Of a stretch of 64,000 nt of DNA, positions 7,004 through 16,629 are shown piece by piece. Location of the stretch: positions 8,507 to 72,506 of the forward strand of contig DUVH01000035.1 of the NCBI GenBank assembly GCA_012841145.1. Reading direction: 5' to 3'. A program made the translations under genes and the position numbers. Positions within the stretch are counted from its first letter, which is position 1. Each line of letters starts with the position of its first letter. Under the pieces are notes generated by a model. It ran no database searches and had not been told where the DNA came from. It saw only the letters and a program-made list of their open reading frames with translations. The stretch is from Clostridiaceae bacterium (GTDB lineage Bacteria; Bacillota; Clostridia; Saccharofermentanales; DTU023).

Positions 7004-8938
7004 ATGCGTTGTCGCCAGTGCGGTCATGAGATTGACACGAGTCATCGGTTTTGCGCTTTTTGCGGTGCGGAATGGATGGCTGATGCCGGTCGTGCCGCCC
7101 CGCACGATGAAGGCGCAGCGCGCGATTTGCATGATGATAAAGCATCTTTTCTGACTGACGAAGAGATGTTTTTTGCTTTAGATGACGACGCTATCGACGA
7201 TGATCTAGTGTTTTCGTCTTACGATAACGACAGACGCCCGATAAGATGGGTGCCGATCGCTGTGTCCTTGCTTTCTGTCCTGTTGCTGGCAGGTTTGATC
7301 ATCGGGATTTGGATGCAGTTTTTTTCGGAGGACAGAGAAGACACCGAGTTCTCCGATCCGACACAACCGACTTACAATTTAGTGTTTTCGCCTCAGCGTC
7401 AAGATCAGGAATCGACAACGCCATTTACGACTGAGAGTGGTGATTTTACTCAGGAGACGACTTCGACGACAACGACAACGACAGAGAGCACGACCGACAC
7501 GGAGCCGACTACGCAGCCGACCACAACTCCTCCTTCAGCTGAGGTCGTCGTCGTGACAGATCCTCCCACCACAACTCCGCCCACCACAACTCCGGCCGTG
7601 ACAGATCCGCCCACTACAACTCCTCGCGCCACAACTCCTCCCGTGACACAACCGTCTGCGACAGGATCGACCGAGACGGTACCTGTACCGACTTCCGGTG
7701 CGGCGCAAGAGACGACTCTTGACGAGACCGAGTCTGTAACGACTCCGGAATTTACTTCGCCTTCGACGGTGACAACGACTCCTACCACGCCCGAAGAAGA
7801 GACCGAGACGACGGAGAGCCAACCTCAAGCCCTTCTTTCGATCGATAACGTGCACATGGACATGTGGCCGGGCGTAAGGCTTCACTTTTCGTATGCTCCG
7901 CCGCAAACGACCCCTTCAAGTGAGCCCGGAGAGGCTTCTTCCGAGACTGAAGAGCCGTCGACAACCTCGGAGCCTACAGTGCCTGACGACGGATCGAAAA
8001 CAGATCCGTCGGTACCCGTTGAAGAGTCGCCGGGTGAATCTTCTATCCCGCCGCCGTTCGACATACGTTTCCTGTCCGTTTTTGAAAGTGAGACGGAGGA
8101 CGGCGCTTGGACGAAACAATTTGTCACGGAGGAGAAATCGGTTTCAAAGCTGCTGATTGTCGCTGAAACCAGTCAGGCGATGACGAAAACGTTAAGTATT
8201 GAGGTGTTGCGATCATCGCTTACAGCCTTTGTCGAGTCTATGGATTTCGTTGACGAGGAGTCAGACCGAAAAGGCGATGCCCTCGGGCTCATGCATTTTT
8301 CCGATTCGGAAACGGTTCTCAGCGAAGTAACCGGAAATAAACAGGAAGTTCTCGATGCTATCAGTAAGCTGGAAGAAGGAGCTGATGAAAGCGCTCTCTG
8401 GAAATCACTATATCTGGCATTCGATCATACACCTGATTATGGTGCCATCATTCTTATAACCAAAGGTGAAGATACAGGCGTCATGTTGCCCTCACTCTAC
8501 GTTTGGCTTATGGCAAATCAAAAAGGAATTCCGATCTACACCGTGCTCCTTAAGACGAATGAGTCTGCCCTGCCCTTGGAGAAAGAAGAGGAATTTCGGC
8601 AGTTCTCGAAAATTACAGGTGCCTGTTGCTACGTCATCGACATGACGAATCCTGAGACCGATGTCGCTGTCAGTATGGAGACGGCTTTAATGGCGGCATA
8701 TGGAGGTGACCGGCAAAACAGTTTCGTCTTCTATGAAAGTACGACGCGTGCCGAGGCGGCGACGCGATTTGTCAAAATAGTGTATGCTCCGGAGGGGCAG
8801 GAAATTGTCGAATCGGAAATTGTTACCTATTCGATTCCTACAGATACGGAAGATTTCGTACCGGAAACGAGACACCACACATCCGAAAAAGAAAGGCGAA
8901 TATATTCCGGCCGGAGAGAAAGGGAAGTATACTCATGA
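7004..8938 (+). CDS. Membrane protein: N-terminal zinc ribbon, one TM helix, Thr/Pro-rich linker, C-terminal vWA-like domain
   Basis: MRCRQCGHEIDTSHRFCAFCG (CxxC...CxxC); TM helix WVPIAVSLLSVLLLAGLIIGIW; PTTTP repeats. The C-terminus has a vWA-like strand pattern (LLIVAETSQAM...IILITKGED...IPIYTVLL) with a degenerate MIDAS motif. Confidence 0.65.
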   Translation: MRCRQCGHEIDTSHRFCAFCGAEWMADAGRAAPHDEGAARDLHDDKASFLTDEEMFFALDDDAIDDDLVFSSYDNDRRPIRWVPIAVSLLSVLLLAGLIIGIWMQFFSEDREDTEFSDPTQPTYNLVFSPQRQDQESTTPFTTESGDFTQETTSTTTTTTESTTDTEPTTQPTTTPPSAEVVVVTDPPTTTPPTTTPAVTDPPTTTPRATTPPVTQPSATGSTETVPVPTSGAAQETTLDETESVTTPEFTSPSTVTTTPTTPEEETETTESQPQALLSIDNVHMDMWPGVRLHFSYAPPQTTPSSEPGEASSETEEPSTTSEPTVPDDGSKTDPSVPVEESPGESSIPPPFDIRFLSVFESETEDGAWTKQFVTEEKSVSKLLIVAETSQAMTKTLSIEVLRSSLTAFVESMDFVDEESDRKGDALGLMHFSDSETVLSEVTGNKQEVLDAISKLEEGADESALWKSLYLAFDHTPDYGAIILITKGEDTGVMLPSLYVWLMANQKGIPIYTVLLKTNESALPLEKEEEFRQFSKITGACCYVIDMTNPETDVAVSMETALMAAYGGDRQNSFVFYESTTRAEAATRFVKIVYAPEGQEIVESEIVTYSIPTDTEDFVPETRHHTSEKERRIYSGRREREVYS

Positions 8939-9867
8939 GCGGTGTGGTAGGCGTCAGACTGAGAGACGTGGTCAATTATTTCGGTTACCATGTCATTCGC
9001 GACTACGGGAAGATTGACAGAACGATTATTTCGGTTGCCGACATTACGCGACCGGGTTTACAGCTTACCGGTCATTTCAAGCATTTCGGTCCCGATCGTA
9101 TACAGCTGATCGGTAACATGGAAATGGCGTACTTGAAGACCTTGACGCCCGAAGAGGAGGCAGAGTGCCTCAGTTGCCTCTTTGCGACGGGCATTCCCTG
9201 CCTGATCCTTTCTCGGCGCCATGAACCAAGCGAGGTCATGTTGCGTTGCGCCGATAAATTCGAGACCCCTATTCTGCAAAGTGATCACTCCACCGCGTCA
9301 ATATACAGTTCGCTCGTCAAACACTTAAATGTCGAACTTGCCCCGCGCATTTCGGTTCACGGTGTGCTCGTCGAGGTTCTGGGTGAGGGTGTTCTCATTC
9401 TCGGCGAGAGCGGCGTCGGTAAGTCGGAAACGGCACTTGAACTCGTCAAGCGCGGGCATCGCCTAATTGCTGACGATCTCGTTGAAATTAGGCGCGTATC
9501 CGATACGACACTTCTAGGCCGAGCCCCCGAGATCATTCGACATATGATCGAAATTCGCGGTCTCGGCATACTCAATGTCAAGGAACTCTACGGTGTCTCG
9601 TCTGTTAAGGTGCAGGAGAACGTCAATTTCGTCATCAACATGGAGTTTTGGGATGAAAGTAAAGTCTACAATCGCCTTGGCATTGAAGATGAGTCGACGA
9701 CGATTCTCGGTGTCTCCATTCCGTCTGTGACGATTCCAGTGCGTCCGGGGCGGAATCTTGCGATTATTGTCGAGTTTGCCTCAATCAATTTCCATCATAA
9801 GAAGATGGGGTACAACGCTGCAAGAGAGCTTGAAGATCGCGTCTTTAACGGATCCTATCAATATTAG
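8935..9867 (+). CDS. hprK: HPr kinase/phosphorylase
   Basis: GVLVEVLGEGVLILGESGVGKSETALELVKRGHRLIADD P-loop signature. The ATGA overlap with the upstream gene suggests coupling. Confidence 0.92.
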   Translation: MSGVVGVRLRDVVNYFGYHVIRDYGKIDRTIISVADITRPGLQLTGHFKHFGPDRIQLIGNMEMAYLKTLTPEEEAECLSCLFATGIPCLILSRRHEPSEVMLRCADKFETPILQSDHSTASIYSSLVKHLNVELAPRISVHGVLVEVLGEGVLILGESGVGKSETALELVKRGHRLIADDLVEIRRVSDTTLLGRAPEIIRHMIEIRGLGILNVKELYGVSSVKVQENVNFVINMEFWDESKVYNRLGIEDESTTILGVSIPSVTIPVRPGRNLAIIVEFASINFHHKKMGYNAARELEDRVFNGSYQY

Positions 9868-9924
9868 ATTCTCGTAACAGTCCGATAAGATAAGAGATGG
9901 CGAAACACGGAGGGGATAGAACGG

Positions 9925-10890
9925 GTGGGTAAAGAAGAGATGGATGCTTTTGCCATCAATGAGGTCGTATCTGCCCTCACGAAAATAGAGAACTTAACGC
10001 TTGAGCGCAACGTATCCGTCGCACATCTCACGCGCTTTCAGGCGGGGGGGAACGCTGACATCCTCGTTCATCCCCACACTTCGGAGAGCGCAATCGAGCT
10101 GATCAGGGTCGTTCAGAAGAGCCGTTTGCCCCTGACGGTCATTGGGTGTGCCACGAATATTCTCGTTTCGGATCGCGGTATTCGCGGTGTGACGTGTCGG
10201 CTGTTTCCCGGACTGGGCGGCTTACGCCGTGACGGTAACAGCTTGTTCTGTCAGGCCGGTGTTTCATTGTCCGATGTCGCGGCTTTTGCAGCAAGGCACT
10301 CGCTCGGTGGCGTTGAGTTCGCAGGCGGAATTCCAGGCTCTGTCGGCGGTGCCATATTTATGAACGCCGGCGCGTTCGGGGGTAGTATGTCGGATGTTGT
10401 CCATAGAACGACGTTCATCGATGGCGACGGTTGTCTTCGGGAAGTTGTCGGTGAAGAACACGATTTCGGGTATCGACACAGCTTATTTGTCGGCTTAGAG
10501 GGATCCGTTATCCTCGAGACGGAGCTTCGGCTCGAGTTTGCCGATCTGCCATTTATTTATGACAAAATGGCGGAGAATGCCTATAGGCGATACAAGTCGC
10601 AACCGCTTGACGCCTATTCGGCAGGCAGCGCTTTTAGAAGGCCGGAAGGTTATTTCGCCGGCAAGCTGATTTCCGATGCCGGCATGAAAGGCTATAGGCG
10701 CGGGAATGCGGGCGTATCTTCCAAACACGCCGGTTTCATTGTTAACCATGGAGGGGCGACGGCGGAGGAGATTGTGCAAATATTCCGAGATGTCCGTACT
10801 GCCGTGTACGATATGGAAGGCGTCATTCTCATGCCTGAAGTCAGGCTGGTCGGTGAATGGGATGATGATCCTTTTGCCTTCGAGTCCTGA
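9925..10890 (+). CDS. murB: UDP-N-acetylenolpyruvoylglucosamine reductase
   Basis: FAD-binding MurB pattern (RFQAGGNADILV, GCATNILVSD, GSAFRRP, SSKHAGFIVN). GTG at 9925 follows GGAGGGG; ATG at 9940 is an alternative start. Confidence 0.9.
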   Translation: MGKEEMDAFAINEVVSALTKIENLTLERNVSVAHLTRFQAGGNADILVHPHTSESAIELIRVVQKSRLPLTVIGCATNILVSDRGIRGVTCRLFPGLGGLRRDGNSLFCQAGVSLSDVAAFAARHSLGGVEFAGGIPGSVGGAIFMNAGAFGGSMSDVVHRTTFIDGDGCLREVVGEEHDFGYRHSLFVGLEGSVILETELRLEFADLPFIYDKMAENAYRRYKSQPLDAYSAGSAFRRPEGYFAGKLISDAGMKGYRRGNAGVSSKHAGFIVNHGGATAEEIVQIFRDVRTAVYDMEGVILMPEVRLVGEWDDDPFAFES

Positions 10891-10980
10891 GCTGCACTCC
10901 GTTGATTTTTATGAACGGCGACCGGGCTCATTGAAACCACACAGAATTATGAAGAGTCAAAAATTCGGAAAGGCTGTTGG

Positions 10981-11904
10981 ATGAACATTACGATTGTTAC
11001 CGGTTTATCAGGAAGCGGAAAGAGTTTAACGGCAAATTTGTTGGAAGATATGGGGTTTTTCTGTATCGACAATATGCCTCCTCAGCTCATCGCGGAGCTT
11101 ACACGCGTCTTAGCTGAGTGGCAGGCTACTGCTGAACGTTCCGCCACCGATATGTGTCTTGCGCTCGTTATGGACACGCGAACCCCCGGTTTTGTAAAAC
11201 ATTTGCACCCGGTATTGGATCACTTGCGGGACAGTAACGTTCCCGTCCGAATTCTCTTTCTCGAGACATCGGACGCCGCGCTGATCAGTCGTTACAATCA
11301 ATCGCGGCGCGATCACCCGTTGGCGCACGGTCGCTCCCTTTCGGAGGCGATTGCGTCGGAGCGCGAAATGTTGGCGCCCGTCAAAGCGCTCGCCACCGAT
11401 ATTATCGATACGACCAGCTTATCGCGTCATGATTTAAGACAGCGACTGCAACAATTGTTCAGCCATACAGAATTGCGCGATGAGATTACGATATTTGTAC
11501 AATCGTTCGGTTTTAAATACGGGATCCCGCCCGACGCCGACATCGTATGCGATGTCCGTTTCCTGCCGAACCCGCATTACATAGATCACTTGAGACCTCT
11601 GTCAGGGCTAGATCAGCCTGTCATAGATTTTCTGAAGCAATACCCGGAGGCCGACGAATACCTTGAGCGCCAGTGTGAGCTTTTCGACTACACGATTCCA
11701 TTTTATATCCGCGAAGGGAAACAGCGGCTGAACATCGGTATCGGTTGCACGGGCGGGCGCCACCGCAGTGTCATGTCTGCCGAACGGATTGCCGATCATC
11801 TGAAGCAGTCAGGATACAACGTCATCGTTTTGCATCGCGATTTGCATCGAGACGTGCGTCAGCGACAGATTGACGCGATGGAAGCTACTGAATTGTATTC
11901 ATGA
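10981..11904 (+). CDS. rapZ: RNase adapter / nucleotide-binding protein RapZ (YvcJ)
   Basis: MNITIVTGLSGSGKS Walker A, FCIDNMPP, and C-terminal IGCTGGRHRSV. Confidence 0.9.
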   Translation: MNITIVTGLSGSGKSLTANLLEDMGFFCIDNMPPQLIAELTRVLAEWQATAERSATDMCLALVMDTRTPGFVKHLHPVLDHLRDSNVPVRILFLETSDAALISRYNQSRRDHPLAHGRSLSEAIASEREMLAPVKALATDIIDTTSLSRHDLRQRLQQLFSHTELRDEITIFVQSFGFKYGIPPDADIVCDVRFLPNPHYIDHLRPLSGLDQPVIDFLKQYPEADEYLERQCELFDYTIPFYIREGKQRLNIGIGCTGGRHRSVMSAERIADHLKQSGYNVIVLHRDLHRDVRQRQIDAMEATELYS

Positions 11905-12818
11905 CCTTTTCCGCAGGTGTACGCAGGGAATTAGTCGATCGTTTTTCTGCTCGCGAAGAATCGCGAGAGTGGGCGATCGTCTCTTTTGCCGTGTTGTCGG
12001 CTCTTTCGGGGTCGGTCGACAGGACGGAAGATGGGTGGCTTGTCTCGATACGTATCACGGGCTCTTATATCGCAAAAATGCTCGAGGAGATCGCCGCGAC
12101 GCTGTCGCTTCCGATCGTCGATAAAAAGGTGGGCAAACGCGATATCTGTTTGACATTTTCCGTTGCCTTTGAGAAGCGCGCCCTCTTGTTTTTTGACTTT
12201 GAACGTTGGTGGAGATGGACGGGAGAGCAGGGGCTCGAGGCGATCTTCTCCGCTTTTTATCTCGCGTGCGGCGTGATGTCGAATCCCGCCACGGGGCGTT
12301 ATCGTTTGGCGTTTACTCCCTCTTCTGAGAGTGCGATCTCACTTATGAAACGCGTGTTCAATCGTGCCGAATTGACGCCGGGTGAATCACGACATCAAGG
12401 TAAGCGTTTGCTGTTTTTCTCAAACGGAGAGGATATTTCGCGTTTTCTGCTCCTGTGCGGCGCGCACCGCGCCCTCTTGCAATTTGAGGAGAGGAGGAGT
12501 GAGAGAGAGCTGCTCGGGCAAGTTAATCGCATCGTAAACTTCGATGAAGCGAATGCAGGTCGCCGTGCTCAATCGATTTCGGAACAGCTTCGTGCCATCG
12601 ATACGATCGAACGCATGCGCGGCCTCGACTCTCTTTCTCCCGTACTCGCGGAGGCGGCGAAGGCGAGGCTCGAGAACAAAGGCGCATCACTTGAAGAGCT
12701 CGGTGCCGGCATGTCGCCTCCAGTGAGCAAGTCGGGGATGAGTCATCGTTTTTCGAAGATTCGGAGGCTCGCTCGCGCTCTCGAGAGTAAGCGCCTGCGT
12801 GAAGAATCGGAAACGTAG
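11901..12818 (+). CDS. whiA: DNA-binding protein WhiA
   Basis: 305 aa. N-terminus MTFSAGVRRELV, a LAGLIDADG-like middle region and a C-terminal HTH (LEELGAGMSPPVSKSGMSHRFSKI). ATGA overlap with rapZ. Confidence 0.88.
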   Translation: MTFSAGVRRELVDRFSAREESREWAIVSFAVLSALSGSVDRTEDGWLVSIRITGSYIAKMLEEIAATLSLPIVDKKVGKRDICLTFSVAFEKRALLFFDFERWWRWTGEQGLEAIFSAFYLACGVMSNPATGRYRLAFTPSSESAISLMKRVFNRAELTPGESRHQGKRLLFFSNGEDISRFLLLCGAHRALLQFEERRSERELLGQVNRIVNFDEANAGRRAQSISEQLRAIDTIERMRGLDSLSPVLAEAAKARLENKGASLEELGAGMSPPVSKSGMSHRFSKIRRLARALESKRLREESET

Positions 12819-12983
12819 GGAGTGGTATACTTAAGCAGATCAACACCTTGAATGATTTCACTTGGAAAGAGTTCAATTCGTGTTGAATCAACCGCCGGTG
12901 ACAGAAAAACCGACGCGTCGATCGCCGGAAAGGACGAATGCGATACGCCTTGATGCGCGAGACGATGATGGTTTGGTAAGGAA

Positions 12984-14288
12984 ATGATGGACTACTTAGA
13001 AGGCTTTCTGATTGGACCGATATGGAGTGACACGGATTATCGAACGCGTCGACATTATTTCGCGCACGTTTTCCTTGCCACGTTGATGGGTGCCGCCTTC
13101 ACGATATTTCTTTTTTTCTCGGATGCCATGTCGAAGTGGGTCTTCGTCCCGTATCCGCTATCTCTCGTGCTTCTTATCGTCCTGATGTTGGCGACACCGC
13201 TCATATCGAGTATTTATTATCGCGTGCCTTTTTTTGTCAGACCTTTCCTTTTGATTTTGTACGCGATGAAGTACATTCTGCTCTTCTATACGCTTGTTCA
13301 TATTTTCTTTCCGCTCGTCACAGTCGATAAAATGAAGCTTCCCGCTTTTTTGCTTGAACGCGTGGACGATCATATGACGCGCTCGATCGATCGATTTGGA
13401 GATTCCGGCAGAGTACTGACTACTGTTGCCGGCGTACTTGTCGGTGCCTTTTGGATTATTGCCGAAGGACTTCTTGTCGTTCTAATCCTGATCGCTGTTC
13501 CGCTCGCCGCAATTTTGCTTTTAAAAGGTGTGCGCCAGGCGCTTGATATAGGCCTTTATGAATTGATCGATCGTTTCATCATGAGGGGCAGACCGGCTAC
13601 AATTGAAGATATTCCCTGGCTCGGGAATGTCGCGGACGATACGGAGAAGGAGAAGACCGTAAGCTTATCGAAACCGTTCGCAGAGCGGCGGGAACACCGC
13701 CTAAACGAGGTAGCGGATGACGTGCCGCATGATGAAGAAGATGCGTGGGGATCGCTCGAATCTGAAATAGAAAAGTCGGAGACTGTTCGGTTTGTTCCCG
13801 TGCCTGAAGTTGATGAAGTCTGCGTGCCGGAATTTCCCGTCGATCAAGAGGAAGCGGCTCAGGAAGAGTTGGATACTGACACGGTCAATACTGTTCGGTT
13901 TAGGCCTGTTCGTGAGGACGATGAAGTTGAAGCGCCGGAGTTGCCGATAGTCGTCGAAGATCCGGTTCAGGAGGAGCGACAGACGGAAACAGCAAAGGCT
14001 GCCCCGCTTTCACCCATAAAAGAAGACGATGAAGTTGTTGTTCCTGAATCTTCTGGAGATCGGGACGAACTTGTTCAAGCGACGTCGGAGGTTGAAACGG
14101 TTGTGACGGACAAGAAACCGGATGAGGCCTATCGTGAGAGTTCGGTAAATAAATTCCGCATTGTGGATAAACTAAGATTTGTCCGGGACGGATATCACGA
14201 CACGTTTACCCGCAAGGGGAAACCGGGCGCTCAAGAACCGATGGCGGCAGAAACAGAAAGAGAAGAGAGAGAATTAAGAGAGAATTAG
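12984..14288 (+). CDS. Hypothetical polytopic membrane protein with an acidic C-terminal region containing three ~33-aa repeats
   Basis: N-terminal half has several hydrophobic helices. C-terminal repeats are TVRFVPVPEVDEVCVPEFP, TVRFRPVREDDEVEAPELP and LSPIKEDDEVVVPESS. Confidence 0.6.
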   Translation: MMDYLEGFLIGPIWSDTDYRTRRHYFAHVFLATLMGAAFTIFLFFSDAMSKWVFVPYPLSLVLLIVLMLATPLISSIYYRVPFFVRPFLLILYAMKYILLFYTLVHIFFPLVTVDKMKLPAFLLERVDDHMTRSIDRFGDSGRVLTTVAGVLVGAFWIIAEGLLVVLILIAVPLAAILLLKGVRQALDIGLYELIDRFIMRGRPATIEDIPWLGNVADDTEKEKTVSLSKPFAERREHRLNEVADDVPHDEEDAWGSLESEIEKSETVRFVPVPEVDEVCVPEFPVDQEEAAQEELDTDTVNTVRFRPVREDDEVEAPELPIVVEDPVQEERQTETAKAAPLSPIKEDDEVVVPESSGDRDELVQATSEVETVVTDKKPDEAYRESSVNKFRIVDKLRFVRDGYHDTFTRKGKPGAQEPMAAETEREERELREN

Positions 14289-14350
14289 CGGAAGAAGAAC
14301 AAGATTGGAGGTTATCGCACGGCCGATTCTCTCCCTATAAGTGAGGCTGT

Positions 14351-15721
14351 GTGGCGGATATTGCCATGAACAACGAAAACAATCCTTACCAATATGATCC
14401 CGAAAGACAAAGCGGGAGTTCATACAATCATCAAGACTATCATTCGCATAACGAGAACCCATACGACACACGAGATGATTACTCGAACTACGGAGGATCG
14501 CCTCCGCCGCCTAAAAAGAGAGGAGGAGGCGTCGCGCTCGGCGTTATCGTCGTCGGATTGGTGGCGGTATTGATTTTTACTTCCATTGCGGGGGTGCTAT
14601 TGTTCCTATATAAAGGTTACGACAAATTGGTCGAGACACCCCCGAAGGTCGTCGAAACCTTGCCGCCCGACAAGACGAATCCTGTCGAGCCTCTGCCGAG
14701 TGATGAGCCGACGCCGTCTGAGGATGTCGTCGATCCGCGTTTCAATTTGGAAGATTTCGCGCGTCCCGCCCCGCAAGAGGGCAAGGAGCTTTTGTCTATT
14801 CCAGAAATCGTGGAGAAGGCAAAGCCGGCCGTCGTCGCGATCTACACGAACGTCGTGATTGACCGCGGAGCGTATTTCGGTCTGGTGGAGAGTACGGTTG
14901 CCGGATCAGGTTTTATCATCACGGAAAACGGTTACATCGTGACGAATGCACACGTCATTGAAGATGCGCGAAGCGTAATAGTCTATTTAGAAGACGAGCG
15001 CACGTTTGAAGCGACGATTGTAGGTTCCGACGTTTATGCCGATGTCGCCGTTTTGAAAGTCGATGCGGAGGGCCTTCCGACCGTACCGCTCGGCGATTCT
15101 GATCAACTGCTCGTCGGTGAACTTGCGATCGCCATCGGAAATCCGACAGGGAACTTGAGAGGCACGGTGACGTCCGGTATCGTTTCGGCGCTCAATCGCG
15201 ATATGCCCGAATCTCCCATCCCTCTTATCCAGACTGATGCCGCGCTTAATTCCGGCAATTCAGGCGGTGCGCTTCTCAATGCTTACGGTGAAGTCATCGG
15301 GATTAATCAGCTGAAAATTGTGTACGCCGATTCGGGGAGAGAAGAGCCGATTCAAGGGATCAGTTTCGCCATCCCATCGAATGCGGCAAAAACAATCATT
15401 GAGAGTCTCATCCGTACGGGCAAACATGAGTGGCCTATGATGGGAATTACCGTGTCAACCGTACAGGAAGAACTTGCTGAGCAACGAAATCTTCATTTCC
15501 CGGGAGTCGTCGTTGCCTCGGTCGAACGCTACGGCCCCGGCAGTAAGGCAGGCCTAAAAGCGGGCGATGTAATTACAAAGATGGACGGTAAAGATGTGAC
15601 GACGGTTAGGGAGCTGTCCGACGCCAAAAATCAATATAATGTCGGTGACACGGTCGTCCTTGAGGTGTATCGAGGCGATCGAGTGATGGAGATCTCTTTA
15701 ACGTTCGGTTCATCTGAATAG
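14351..15721 (+). CDS. htrA: HtrA/DegP-family serine protease with a TM anchor and a PDZ domain
   Basis: TNAHV (His), catalytic GNSGGAL, and a C-terminal PDZ (GLKAGDVITKMDGKDV). TM helix VALGVIVVGLVAVLIFTSIAGVLLFL. Confidence 0.9.
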   Translation: MADIAMNNENNPYQYDPERQSGSSYNHQDYHSHNENPYDTRDDYSNYGGSPPPPKKRGGGVALGVIVVGLVAVLIFTSIAGVLLFLYKGYDKLVETPPKVVETLPPDKTNPVEPLPSDEPTPSEDVVDPRFNLEDFARPAPQEGKELLSIPEIVEKAKPAVVAIYTNVVIDRGAYFGLVESTVAGSGFIITENGYIVTNAHVIEDARSVIVYLEDERTFEATIVGSDVYADVAVLKVDAEGLPTVPLGDSDQLLVGELAIAIGNPTGNLRGTVTSGIVSALNRDMPESPIPLIQTDAALNSGNSGGALLNAYGEVIGINQLKIVYADSGREEPIQGISFAIPSNAAKTIIESLIRTGKHEWPMMGITVSTVQEELAEQRNLHFPGVVVASVERYGPGSKAGLKAGDVITKMDGKDVTTVRELSDAKNQYNVGDTVVLEVYRGDRVMEISLTFGSSE

Positions 15722-15782
15722 ATACATCGTTTCGAACACAGCAAACAAGACGCATCTGAAGAATTCTAGAGAAGGAGTGACC

Positions 15783-16616
15783 ATGCGAGGTCGAGGCTGG
15801 CTGCAAGACATCATTTCTCACTTCATCATCGTGTCTCTAATGGGAGCAGGTCTCTTTTTGCTGTACAAGAAAGCGATGAACACGCCGGATCTAAAAGGTG
15901 AGCGTTGGATTTCAACCGTTTTTACCATCGCTACTATTTTGCTGGCTTTGATGGTGATCGTCTTTATCAGGCAAGTCTTCACGCGCGTGAGACTGGAGCG
16001 TTTTCGCCCCGGAAATCCGGAGAGTCTGGCACGTCTTGACCGCATGCGTCGGTTTCACTTGCCTGAACGCTACAGGAAGTTGCAGGAAACATGGTGGGAA
16101 GCGCGGACGGATTTGTGCCGGTTTTATATCGATAAAGGGTGGCGTCCCTTGGAGCGCAGACCGTTTGATGTCGTTTTGCAGCGAAGGCGTAAGATTCCGT
16201 CTTTCGGGCGGGCACCTTATGTCGATCGTCTCTTTATCTTCTACCATCCCATGCTCAATGTCCTCATAGTTGATCAGACGCTGAGTATGTGTGAGCGCGC
16301 GATTAGAAGAAGCTCCAAGACGGCGCCCGCTCCGAAAAACATGATCGTGTTTCTCACCGACATGAATAATGCGGAAGAGGTCACATCTGCCGCTGCCGGG
16401 GTCGTCAATTATCTCTGTCGACTTGAAAAGAAGACGAGCCTCTATCCCTTGTTGATCGATTTTAACGGCGGGAGACTTTATTACCCGATCGATACGACAC
16501 TCGTCAGGAAGCCTCACCGCCTATCTTTCTTTAAAGCTCGCCTTGAATTGACGCGTTTTGTCCGCCAGCAAATTCCTAAGAAGTCATCCCGAAACGGGCT
16601 TACGGAAACAACATAA
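15783..16616 (+). CDS. Hypothetical membrane protein (two N-terminal TM helices plus a basic cytoplasmic domain)
   Basis: ATG at 15783 follows AGAAGGAG. No recognisable family. Confidence 0.55.
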   Translation: MRGRGWLQDIISHFIIVSLMGAGLFLLYKKAMNTPDLKGERWISTVFTIATILLALMVIVFIRQVFTRVRLERFRPGNPESLARLDRMRRFHLPERYRKLQETWWEARTDLCRFYIDKGWRPLERRPFDVVLQRRRKIPSFGRAPYVDRLFIFYHPMLNVLIVDQTLSMCERAIRRSSKTAPAPKNMIVFLTDMNNAEEVTSAAAGVVNYLCRLEKKTSLYPLLIDFNGGRLYYPIDTTLVRKPHRLSFFKARLELTRFVRQQIPKKSSRNGLTETT

Positions 16617-16629
16617 ATATGAGTTAGTG

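Noticed and set aside
7450-8127. Several 60-123-aa ORFs on both strands inside the Thr/Pro-rich region
   Set aside because: They are low-complexity artefacts (poly-V/G or poly-R/S translations) of the PTTTP-coding repeats in the 644-aa gene.
12938-12979. 13-codon upstream ORF (MRYALMRETMMVW) with AAAGGA RBS ending at the RBS of the 12984 gene
   Set aside because: It is too short to support and has no recognisable leader-peptide logic. It is noted only as a possibility.
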